In this document: piece by piece, positions 52,262 through 64,000 of the stretch
How the letters are laid out: each line of letters begins with the position of its first letter
Numbering within the stretch: the first letter of the stretch is position 1
DNA from: the human T2T-CHM13v2.0 reference genome, Homo sapiens
Reading direction: 5' to 3' (one strand)
DNA: 64,000 nucleotides
Assembly: GCF_009914755.1 (NCBI RefSeq)
Contig: NC_060927.1
Position numbers and translations under genes: made by a program
Notes under the pieces: model-generated
The model's database searches: none
What the model saw: the letters and a program-made list of their open reading frames with translations, nothing else
Told to the model about the DNA's origin: nothing

Positions 52262-54916
52262 TAAGAACGTTTTAATTAAATGGATTTATTTAAAAAGACT
52301 ATAAAATCTGACATCAAGAGAGATAAAAAAAAAAAGACCCATAAGATTTAAATTGACAAATATAAAATGATTGGCTACAATGTAAAAATACATTTCCCAG
52401 CCCCCAAACAAAACACAAGTATAGTAATTATAAAATTTTTGTACTGTGAGTTCATTTCTCTTATAATTCTTGAGAACCATTCTAAGCAATCTATTTGTAT
52501 AAAATATAAAATTTATCATAACTGTTAATTTAAAAATTATTTTAAATTTGAGTTTATTGAATTTGCCATTTTTTTGTACATAACAGTGGTTTCTGGTCCC
52601 AAGTTCCCCTTGAACTTATTTACTACAATGGTCTTTTTACTCCTATTTATTTCCTTCTACAATAGAAAAGAAAGGCTAACCATTCATGGGTCCCATAAAA
52701 AACAATGTGAAGGAAGGTTCTAAGAGTGACCAAATATACCAGTGAACATACTATCTTTCTGAAAAAGAAAGAATTAAGTGACCAACTAAGAGATCCACTT
52801 TTGCACCAATGAAACACATGGAGGTGAAACCTCAGAACAAGCGGAGCTTAAGCTCAATGACAGTATGTTTTATATGACAGGCCAGCTGAGAATGTATCTG
52901 TCAATCCTGACTAAGCCCAATACATGGGTGGTGACCCTGAGGTAGCCCAGATGATATGCTCTGAATTTTAGATAGGTCTAAATCACAATGGTACAGTCTG
53001 ATGTGAAACTTTAGTCTACCTACCATAAACTCGTTTTCTGAATCAGTCCTTATTCATAATTAGACCCAAAACCCAGCTATTTCTCCTCTCTTAGATGACA
53101 TGCCCAATAAAAACAGCATCCATGATTGGTTTCATTATCTCCCAATTAAGTAGTGGTGACACCACCACTAACACTAGTATCCAAACTCTGATACAAATCC
53201 TAAAGGTATTGAGTCAGTAAGACAGAGCAGAAGCTATGTCGGGCCATACTGACCAATTTCTGAGAACCACATTAGCCACATTCATGCAATTAAAACCCAT
53301 CTAAGACACACAAATGGCAGATGAGAAAAAAAAAAAAGGATGAGGTCATTAAACTTTATCACTGGAAACATGATTCCACTGTTTCAAATAGGAAACCTAC
53401 CCTGGGAGACTTCCACCAAAGTGCAGAAGGACCTGATGCACGGGCTCATCATCTTAACACTAGAGTCCCAAGTCAAAACTCTAGGAGGAGGATAAGAAAG
53501 GTCTAGTCTGTGAATCACCTGGACAGAAAGGTCATATCCCAAGTGCCCTGCCTATCTGTGACAGCTGCTAGCCAACAGACAATTCTGGTTATGAAGTTAT
53601 CTCTTGAGAATGGCTTGATTCTCTTATGCCACCAACAGTATTAGTCTGGGCAGGGTTCCCTGGATATTTACTTTTTTTTTTTTTTTTTTTTTTGCCAAAG
53701 ACAAACTAGAGCAATGCCTATGTAAGAACAAGGACTCTCAAGATCCTGCTACACAGTATTCACAATCAAAAGGGCCCAAGATTCAGGACCACCTAAAGAC
53801 AACTGACAAAAAGTGTCAGAGCCAGAGGCCAACCTCTGCTAGATGAAGCAGCAGCACATGACTCCATTTCTATCTGATAAGGAGACAGAGAAGAGGCATC
53901 TCGAACAGATGAAAAACCAAAGGCTGGTGTCCTAAAAAAAACAGATTGGCTTCAAAGAAAACACTAAGGAAGACCCACAGAGCTGTATTAATTTTAGTAA
54001 AAATAATCATATGCCAACAGGGGAATTGAACCACTTTCTAAATCATAGTATGAACTCATCTCTTCAGATACTTGGTAAGTGGTCAAAGCTTGTTTTTATA
54101 ATTACTTTCACTGTCTTGGGCAAAAAGTCTTTCTTATCTTTGGTCCTTAGGTGTGGTATCAGTTTCTTCCATTTTTTTATGTGTTACAAAACAATCTTTT
54201 TTTTACTTGACATCAACAACCAAGGTGCAGTATAAACACGAAGTTGCTGATATTGTTGCTTTTATACACATAAAATACCAACATCTCCCATACATTTTAT
54301 AGGCTATACGAAGGTCTCAAAGAATTAATAACCGTTATCCAAAAATATTATAACATTTAAGGCTGAGTGAAATACAGTAAAGCCTGGTAATATATGTTAA
54401 GGAAAAAAACCTAGACCAACATTTTAAATATTGGTTTCTTAAATATGTTAAATTCCCATTAACAGAACATAATCTAAGCATCAAAACAAACAGCTAAGCA
54501 AATTAATTTAAAAATAAAACAATTTCTAAGTAGATGAATATAATCACGATGTTTATACAGCTATAAAGCATAATTTGGAAGCTAAGCCTAGTAAAAGAAT
54601 GACCTGTAACAGAATGACAGAATCATTTATCAACCGTTGAGCTGTGTGATTTAAAAACAATTGTTTTCTCCTCCTCCCACCAAAATCTCCATTTGAGATA
54701 AGTTTCAATTATTATTTAAAAAAAAATTTTTTTTAACTTATCTGGCCTACTTTGTGGTGACTGACACAATATTGATAAAACTGCCTTCTTGACCTTCCCC
54801 TTGCTCTCCAAAAGAAGTGGTTTAAACAATTAACAAATTTTACAAGAGCTTCTGCCAGGGCTCAGGCACCACAATGCAGGGTCACTACCTTAGGTAACAT
54901 CTGCTCCCCAGAGTCT
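52262..54916 (-). other. CMTM6: CMTM6 long AU-rich 3'UTR (approximate end)
   Basis: Repeat-free AT-rich stretch ending at minus-strand AATAAA (52285-52290) and ATTAAA (52271-52276), followed by a GU-rich downstream element. Confidence 0.75.
52285..52290 (-). terminator. CMTM6 distal polyadenylation signal AATAAA
   Basis: TTTATT on the + strand; the minus-strand downstream sequence CTTTGTAAGTGTTTATT is GU-rich. Further AATAAA hexamers at 52553 and 52646. Confidence 0.7.
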
Positions 54917-55054
54917 TTAGGCATTAAGTGGCTCAGTGAGGGCTTCAGCCCTAGTGGTATTTTCAGGTTTTCTCAGCTGGGACTCCTGTCGTTTTTCATA
55001 CAGCATAGTGATAAAGTCAAGTAGGAACATAAAACTTGCTATAAATCCAAACAC
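54917..55054 (-). CDS. CMTM6: CMTM6 terminal exon 4, coding part
   Basis: Minus strand tttttttcctcag|GTG. Translates [45 protein letters not shown], with TAA at 54917-54919. Confidence 0.96.
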   Translation of the reverse strand: MFGFIASFMFLLDFITMLYEKRQESQLRKPENTTRAEALTEPLNA

Positions 55055-56807
55055 CTGAGGAAAAAAAGGAGGAAAGGTTATATGAGAATTTTGGAATATA
55101 ATCTTACATTTCCTACTTGGCTTGGAGAATGTTTCATATAAACAAGATGTTCATGAATTTTATCTTATACACGACTACTCTTTAATGGTAAAAAAATTTT
55201 TTTTAAGTCATCAAAAAATGGAAAGAAGTTATAAAAGAAAAACTTCCAGAATAATGGCTATTAGTCAAAGTCTCACAAAATATTAATGTTCTGCCTTATG
55301 TGTGCATGTTTATATGTGGAGGGCTAATATATGAAAGTAGGGTTAACAGATAAACATTAAATCCTATAAAATGATACAAAACAAAAATATTTGCATGGTT
55401 AGATTGACCCACAGATGCGATAAGGAAAATACGTGACTAGGCAACTCAGCCTAGGTGAAAATGAAAAAAGTTATTAATATCAAAACAGAAATTCCATTTT
55501 GAAGATACTATTAGGTTAAATTACTTAAATAATGTTCCAGTTGTCACACTGCAATGACACAGTGACATGACGCCACTACCTACTTCCTCTTCCTTAAATC
55601 ACTTCCTCAACTGTTCTTTTCTAAAATACGATCATACGTTCTGAGAATTCTATCAAGAGACAGAAGACCATGCGTCTGCTTCAAATTTAGCTTCTCCACT
55701 AGCAAAACCCTTAAGGATATGGGGGCCAGATAAGTTCTCTGTAAAAAAGAGAAAATTGATGTAGGTGATGGCTAAAGTCTCTTCCAAATCTAAACTCCCT
55801 ATCTCCACGATTTTTATTAATAACATTCTCTTACAGTCTGTTGCAGTCTCCTGACCTCTCCTCCCCCCTCTAAAGAATAAGCATTCCACCTCATTTTACC
55901 ACAAAGTAAACTGAGCTCCAAATTCATTAAGTCCCCCAGATATCCCCAACATATCCAATCTAAATTTAATTATCAACGCCTCCCACCCTCCCATCCCCCG
56001 CCACAAAAGCCAAGTCTTTTTCCCTCTGGAATCTTTATTTTTGACTTGATGGCATTTATCCCCTTATTTTCCTGGCAACTTTCTTAAATACATCAAACTC
56101 AGACCAAATGTCACCCTTGTTTTTGAAGCTGTCTCTGATCACCACAAGTCATCTTCTAGCTCTTTTGTTCACACACTTCTGAATTAAAAAAAAAAAAAGA
56201 ACTTCCTCATGCATTTAAGTCTATAAAACTTTTCATAATTTAAATAGTTACAAAAGGTAATTTCCAGCATATTATAAATATCGGCTTTTTAAACTACCTG
56301 TCACTATTAAATATATCCAATGAAATATAAATACTGGGACAGTCTAATTAAAATATAAAAATTTTTTTTATAGCTGTAAATTTTTTCCCTGGAACTCAAT
56401 TTTTCCTCAACTTCATTTCACTTTCCCCACAGAATTTTATAGTAATGTATTTTTATACAAATAAGTAGCCAGAGCTTTTTAAAATTAAAAATGAGTTAAA
56501 AAACTCATTATTTTATTGATCACCATCTCATACTCCTCTGCAACAAAAATGTTTCTAAACTGAAATTAACCATAAAGCCCTATTAAAACTTTGATTTTTC
56601 TCTTCTATTGGTTCATGTACCCATGAATAAATATTGCTTATTGCTAGAATGAATCAAGATTCAGTGTTAATTTTATTTCTATGTTTTGTTTTTACACATG
56701 TAAGTGCTAAGAAACTGTTGTCATATGAATAGATAAATATAGCCATGCAATTCTCTGAACTCCTTTTGAGTTTTCTATCATAAAATGCAGTTTTAATGAT
56801 GTATTAG

Positions 56808-57140
<333 letters not shown>

Positions 57141-57653
57141 TAACTTCAATTTTGTTAAAAACAAAGTATTAATTGGAAACCAGCTGACTTGCAAGATGAT
57201 TTGTTGTCCAGTTGCTAGTCATTCAAGTTCACAGCACTGCTACCAGTCCAAGGCCATGATCCTTAATTTACAATTCCGAAACCCAAAGAACTACATTAAC
57301 TCAAGGTTTTCATGATTCACTTGGCTCAAAATTGACACAAAGTAAGCCTATTTACATGGAGTAAGACTACTTACAGTCTTTTCTTATCCCTTTTACTATA
57401 AATATTCATATGTTTTACTTCAGATATACCAATGTTAGATTACAGGGTACTGTCGCAGGCCCTCAAGTGGTGTTGTGTAATATAGCATATGTACAGCACT
57501 ACCTTTCTAAAATCCAGAATATTCTGAATCCAAAAGAAAAAAATTCTGGCCCCAAGAATTTCAGAGAAAAATTGGATCTTTATTTTCAACTGTCTCTTTG
57601 TTGTACTCAAGGGTTTTTTTGTTTTACAATTCAGGGTAATCCACCATAATAAG

Positions 57654-58034
57654 TGATATGGCTTGGGTTTGTGTCCCCACCCAATTCTCATGTCAAATTA
57701 TAATCCCCAATGTTGGGGGTGGAGCCTAGCTGGAAGTGACAGGATCATGGGGCAGACTCCCCCTCTGGCGCTGTTCTTGTAATAGTGAGTTACTGCAAGA
57801 TCTGCTTGTTTAAAAGTGTGTAGCACCTCCCCACTCTCTCTATTCCTCCTGCTCTGGCCATGTAAGATGTGCCTGCTTCCGCCTCGCCTTCTGCCATGAC
57901 TGTAAATTTCCTGAGGCCTCCCTTGCTATGCTTCCTATAGAGCTGTCAGAACCATGAGGCAATTAAACCTCTTTTCTTTATAAGTTACCCAGTGTCAGGT
58001 ATTTCTATATAGCAGGGCAAGAAGGAACTAATCC
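57654..58034 (+). mobile_element. MaLR solo LTR (MSTA/THE1-like) in CMTM6 intron 3
   Basis: tgatatggcttgggtttgtgtccccaccca...ccttctgccatgactgtaaatttcctgaggcctcc...aattaaacctcttttctttataagttacccagtgtcaggtat. Confidence 0.85.
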
Positions 58035-58896
58035 AGCAAGATTCAGGACAAGCAAGTTTTTTTTCTTTTTGAGGGGCAAGGTAGGTGGCGACTGTGAATG
58101 GGAAGGTGGAAAAGTGCCGGTGAGACTCCTTCACCAGAGATAAATTCTCAGACATACAAGTTTTAAAAAAGATTACATATGGAGGTTTAAAAGCTGGAAA
58201 TTAATTTCCTCAACACTATCTCTGCCTCATACTCCTTGAAAAGTCTGATGAAACTTTAAGGATATGTATAACCCACTGAAAACTGCTGTCTAGACCAACT
58301 TTTTTTTCTATTATTTTTTTTTTTCTTCTTATAGAGATGAGGTCTCACTATGTTGCTTGCCCAGGCTGGTCTTGAACTCCTGGCTTCAAGTGATTCTCTC
58401 ACCTTGGCCTCCCAAAGTGCTGGGATTACAAGCCTGAGCCACGGCACCCAGTCTCAGAACAACTGCTATTGGTTCATTTAACAAACTCCATTACAATTTT
58501 ACTTTTCCGTCTCCTTTTCTAGACTGAGTCTCTGAATCATTTCTCCCATATATTCTCCATACCTAGAAAACACCTGGCATGTAGGTGTGCATTTATTGAA
58601 CTGAAAGTGGAGAAATATAAAATAATAAAGTCAATTTTACCACTTCCATTAGCAATAACACACGGTATGTGGAGTAAGTGGATTTTTTTTAAACAAAATT
58701 CAGTCAAATTCTATAGGCTCTAGGTTTTAAAGGCTATCATATTGATTTGCTTGTAGGTCTTCTATTCAAAATTACACTAAAAAGTAAGTTATAAGAAAAA
58801 CAACTCTAACATGCTGTATAACTTGTCAAGTACTCTCCAAATTCCATATTTCTAAGGAAACAAAAATAAGCAATGTTAAAAATACAAGGTACTTAC

Positions 58897-58995
58897 AATT
58901 GCAGCAATCTCAGCTGAAGTCCTGTCATGTGTGGAAACAAAAATGATGGATGCCAACAAAAACACACATCCTGTTCCCAAAGTAATATAAAAATC
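58897..58995 (-). CDS. CMTM6: CMTM6 coding exon 3
   Basis: Minus strand catag|GAT ... ATT|gtaagt; 99 nt, phase 0-0. Translates [33 protein letters not shown]. Confidence 0.96.
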
Positions 58996-60009
58996 CTATG
59001 CATACATACAAAACACAAAAGGAATACAATACAGTTAGATTCATGGAAATGAACTTTTTCATTTTTAACTTTAAAAAGCTCTGGCTACTTACTTGTTTTT
59101 CTTGATACAACCCAAACTTACATACCCAAACTTCTAACTTTTCAATAAGCCTGGCATTCAATAAATACCCTGTAAAAAAACAGTATCCACACTGGGCTGG
59201 GATTATTGAGAGAACACATTACAAGATAATCTTTTAATAACAACAATCCCCTATGCCAGGAGAGGTGGCATGAGCCTGTAGTCCCAGCTAACTGGGACAT
59301 TTTTTATTATCCAGTCCAAAAAAAGAAAAAAAAAAAAAAAACAGTCCCGGAAAAGATCTCGTGTGTATCTCGTGCAAGTGTTTGTGTGTGTCCTCTTTTT
59401 CTCTGGGACATATTAAAATTATCTAAGCCAAAGCATTTATTACAATTCCATCTTACTTCCAGCAAAAAAGCATTTTTCTTTCCTTTCAAAGTATTTTATG
59501 GTAGGATGACATCTCTGAGAGCACTCCAATGCTTTGAAAGCACTTTCTAAAAGAAAGAATTTTAAAAACCACCCGTTATTAAATAGAAGTATGCCAATAG
59601 TGTGTTTTTTAGACACTGAAGCTTTCTGGAATAACACATTGCCTTCAACTGTTCCAAGTGGGTAATCTACAGTGAGCTTATATGATGAGTTTATCTACTA
59701 CATAAAAGCTTCCATATCTTATCATAATGCAGCTTACAATCATGAGATGTTTCATGGGTTTCCAAGTGCTCTCTCAGGCATTACCTCACAAGGCTCTCAT
59801 ATGCCAACTGAAAACAGTAATGACATATATACTTGATTCAGAAAGGGAAACTTGGTAAAATGATAGCCACTCCAAAGGGTTTTAAGTCTGATACTTTTTG
59901 AGTTTTCTGAACTGCAAACTCCACTAAACCTAATATCAATAAAACTGGCCAGGCACGGTGGCTCACGCCTGTAATCTCAGCACTTTGGGAGGCCGAGACG
60001 GGCAGATCA

Positions 60010-60285
<276 letters not shown>

Positions 60286-60947
60286 TCAATCATTCACTTA
60301 ACATTTATATAAAATGTAAGAGGTTTTCTTGCCGGGCACGGTGGTTCACACCTGTAATCCCAGCACTTTGGGAGGCCAAGACAGGTGGATCACCTGAGGT
60401 CAGGAGTTCAAGAACACCATGGCCAACATGGTGAAACCCTATCTCTATTAAAAATACAAAAATTAGCTGGGTGTGGTGGCAGGCACCTGTAATCCCAGCT
60501 ACTTGGGAGGCTGAGGCAGGAGAATCACTTAAACCCAGGAAGCACAAGGTTGCAGTGAGCCGAGATCGTGCCATTGCACTCCAGCCTGGGTGACAAGAAC
60601 GAAACTCTGTCTCAAAAAAGAAAAAAAAAAAAAGAGGTTTTCTCTGCTTCTAAAAGGTGTTTCCCTGTAGTACTTTATTTTTTAATCCTTTTGATTATTT
60701 CAAATTTATTACATATAAATATAAAATTCTATTTACTAATATTTGGAATACATTCAAGTTAATTGAAACAAGACAATCATTTTTAGACCATAATGTAGTG
60801 TTCAATAAACGGGTTCTAGAGCCAGTCTACCTGAGTTCAAATCTGAGCTATACCACTAATAAATGTAAACGTCCCAAAAATGTTGGCTACTGTTGTTCTT
60901 AATAGACTCCGACTGCAATAGCATGGGATAGAAGACATTCTCTCTTA

Positions 60948-61380
<433 letters not shown>

Positions 61381-62670
61381 TTAGGTAAAAAGTAGAATAT
61401 ATGTTCTATGATTACAAATATTTTAAATTTTAAAACTATGAATGGAATAAAAAGACTTGAAAGGAATACAGCAAAATAATACAAAAGCTATTTTAGGATG
61501 GACTAATTTTTCTTTTTTCTCAGTATTTTTAAACCAGTATTTACTCTAAAATGACTTTTTAAATGCTCAAGTTTGATATAATAAAGGTTTTACTTTTTTT
61601 ACGTTACACCATTATACTACACTGGACAATATTATAATACCATTTCTTGTCAAAATGATCAGTGTGCTTTAAACACTACAGATGCAGCATTAAAATAAAA
61701 ACTAAACATTTCTAAAAATATTTTTATGGTGATATTGTTTCACTGTTAAGAAATGACAAAATGATTTCAATCTGTAATTTTTTTAATATAAATTTTTCCA
61801 GCCAGAATTTGGAATATATACATTTTTTTTTACACATTCAAACTATAAATCAACCAGCTCAGACACTTGAGAACTTTTCCCTAGTCCAAATCTTATGGCA
61901 TATTAATCTGTAAAAAAGAAAAATGTCCAAAGACTACAAATATAATTAACAAAAATTCTAAGGATTATCTGTATCCTCTTAATATATATTTCATAAAACA
62001 AATGAGTCCTGTTGTCATTGTCATAGAAATTCCTATAGTGATGGCATTAGCCATGACAGCACCTCAAGATGGTAGGGCATTGGTTCTAACAGGATTCTGC
62101 TCCTAGCAAACTAACACAGGAACAAATGCATTCTTAATTCACTTATAGACAACTTTTCATAATACCATTAAAGCAAAATATAGGAAGAATTACATGTTGT
62201 TTTATTTTCCCCAATCACTGAAGCTTTAAGCTTTAAATGTTGTTTTATTTTAAAGCTCCAGAAATATTTCACATTAGTTCATTACTCTATCTCCAATGTC
62301 TAGCATATAAATGCCTGGCATATAATAAAGGCACACAATTAATAATTGTAGAACCAATGAGTGACACTCAAAAGTGAGAAATCAGAAGTGACAAAATCCT
62401 AGGCTTTTTTAAGTCTAATGTGAATTACATTAAACCACCAATAACTGTAAACTATTGGCAGTGTCTGTCACTCTCATTCTAATCTCACTTTCCCTCTCTA
62501 CCATCCCCTTGGTAGGAAAAAATGAGGTGCTTAGAAGCAGAGCGAGTTGGAACAAGGGATACTGTCTTTTCATGTTGCTGAGTTTTGAAAACATTACTGC
62601 TTTGAACAATAAAATTATGCCAGATTACAAAACAGCTATTAATACAGGGATGATATTTTCTCATGCTTAC

Positions 62671-62847
62671 CGATGATTTTACTTTTGTGGTATCAACTCT
62701 CTCATAAAATGGAGTGCAATACACAATCAGTATAAGGAGACTCAGAAGAAAGGCACTGCAGCTTACAAACTCAAAAAAATAAAGTCCTCCACATAAAGTA
62801 CATTGTGATACAACTTCTTCACAGATGAAGGCCAGCAGAGACAGCAA
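62671..62847 (-). CDS. CMTM6: CMTM6 coding exon 2
   Basis: Minus strand tttgtag|TTG ... TCG|gtaagc; 177 nt, phase 0-0. Translates [59 protein letters not shown], recognised as CMTM6. Confidence 0.96.
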
Positions 62848-62924
62848 CTACAAATGAAGCAAAACATTTTACTTAAGTGTTTTTTCAGAGAATCTACAGT
62901 ATTTAGAAAGCTGTTTCTGAATAA

Positions 62925-63650
62925 TACGTTTACTCAAATATTTACAATGAGGAGACTATGGCAAACAAGATTAATGAATAAACCTTATCTACACAGAACT
63001 TACAGTTTGGCCGCCTTGAAGGAAATACAGGTAAATAAAGAATTAATTAACCTATCGTGTACTAATGCCAGCAAAGGGGAAATATATAATATTGTTATAA
63101 AAGCACACAGGAGAGACGCTCAACTGCGGGGTCAGGAAAGGCTTCCTGAAGGAGAAAGCTGAGACCTGAAGAACAGAGTCAGTTTGGGGGATGAAAGATT
63201 AAGGAAAGAAATTCCCAGCAGAGAAGCAGTATATAGAAAGGCCAGAAATGAGAGAGCATGGCACCTGCCCTCTGACCCAACATACAGACAACACACACCC
63301 CGACCTCCAACTTAACTGTCAAAGTGAGTCAAATCAACATGGCTTAAGTATAGAGTTTAAGGGAAGAGAATGGCAGCACAAAAATTAGTATATGAGGCTA
63401 GAGAGGTAAGCTGAGGCCAGATCTAAATGTCCTCGTTAATTAAGAGTCTGGATTTTAAAGTAAAGGTTGACAATGATCAGGTGTATGCTTTCAGTAGTTC
63501 TCACTGGCTACAATATGGAGAAGGGACCAGAGGTAAGGCAAACCTTGGGGCGGACATCCAACTGGGAAGCTGATGTAGGAAATCAGGGCAAATAATAGCG
63601 ACTAGGGAGCAGCAATAGAGAAGAGTGGCAATCACTGAGAGATGCAGCAG
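62925..63650. mobile_element. L2 remnant in CMTM6 intron 1
   Basis: ggtcaggaaaggcttcctgaaggag...gagacctgaagaa...ttcccagcagagaagcag...gaggctagagaggtaagctgaggccagatc. Confidence 0.65.
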
Positions 63651-64000
63651 AAGCTCTTATCAGACAAGATGCAAAAGCTCATATCAGACAAGATGCATAC
63701 AAATAATATGGAACACAAGATAACACATGTGTACCTTAAACATTTTAACTTAAAAACGCACATTTATTAACAATCTGCTGAAGTGAGTATTTTCTTTATG
63801 GGTCTACTGACGAATTCCACATGTTTTCTGCATTAATCACTTTCATCATCTATGGACTACTACTTCCAGACTGATGTTATCTGAAGTGAAGTGAGATCTT
63901 AAACACTTGAGAAACAGAGTTCAGAATCTTTCTAGAGTCAGACTATTTTACCAGCCTTTTACAGTTGCCTTGCTCTTCCTTAATTCCATGGCAGATAAAT

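Overview
Primate (most likely human, 3p22 region) genomic DNA, not prokaryotic. It holds the 3' parts of two convergent, tail-to-tail MARVEL-domain paralogs. CMTM7 (+ strand) contributes coding exons 2-5 (12785-25192, poly(A) signal 25756). CMTM6 (- strand, the PD-L1 stabiliser) contributes coding exons 2-4 (62847-54917) and a ~2.65 kb 3'UTR. Both first exons lie outside the window. The ~26 kb intergenic space carries a near full-length, internally deleted HERV-H provirus (31875-37854, - strand, LTR7-type LTRs, tRNA-His PBS, perfect 5-bp TSD GAAAC), a small orphan CpG-rich patch with a strong CTCF motif, decayed ERVL-class (LTR16 plus pol) remnants and old L1 fragments. The rest is Alu/L1/L2/MIR/MER20/MaLR repeat. 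I see no wholly new biological system. The best leads are: a candidate distal CMTM7 terminal exon lying antisense inside the CMTM6 3'UTR; a promoter- and splice-donor-intact HERV-H pointing antisense at CMTM7, with structurally mismatched LTRs; and several small rearrangement signatures. Gene and repeat names come from recognition by eye; no database search was run. Repeat boundaries are approximate unless a TSD is quoted.
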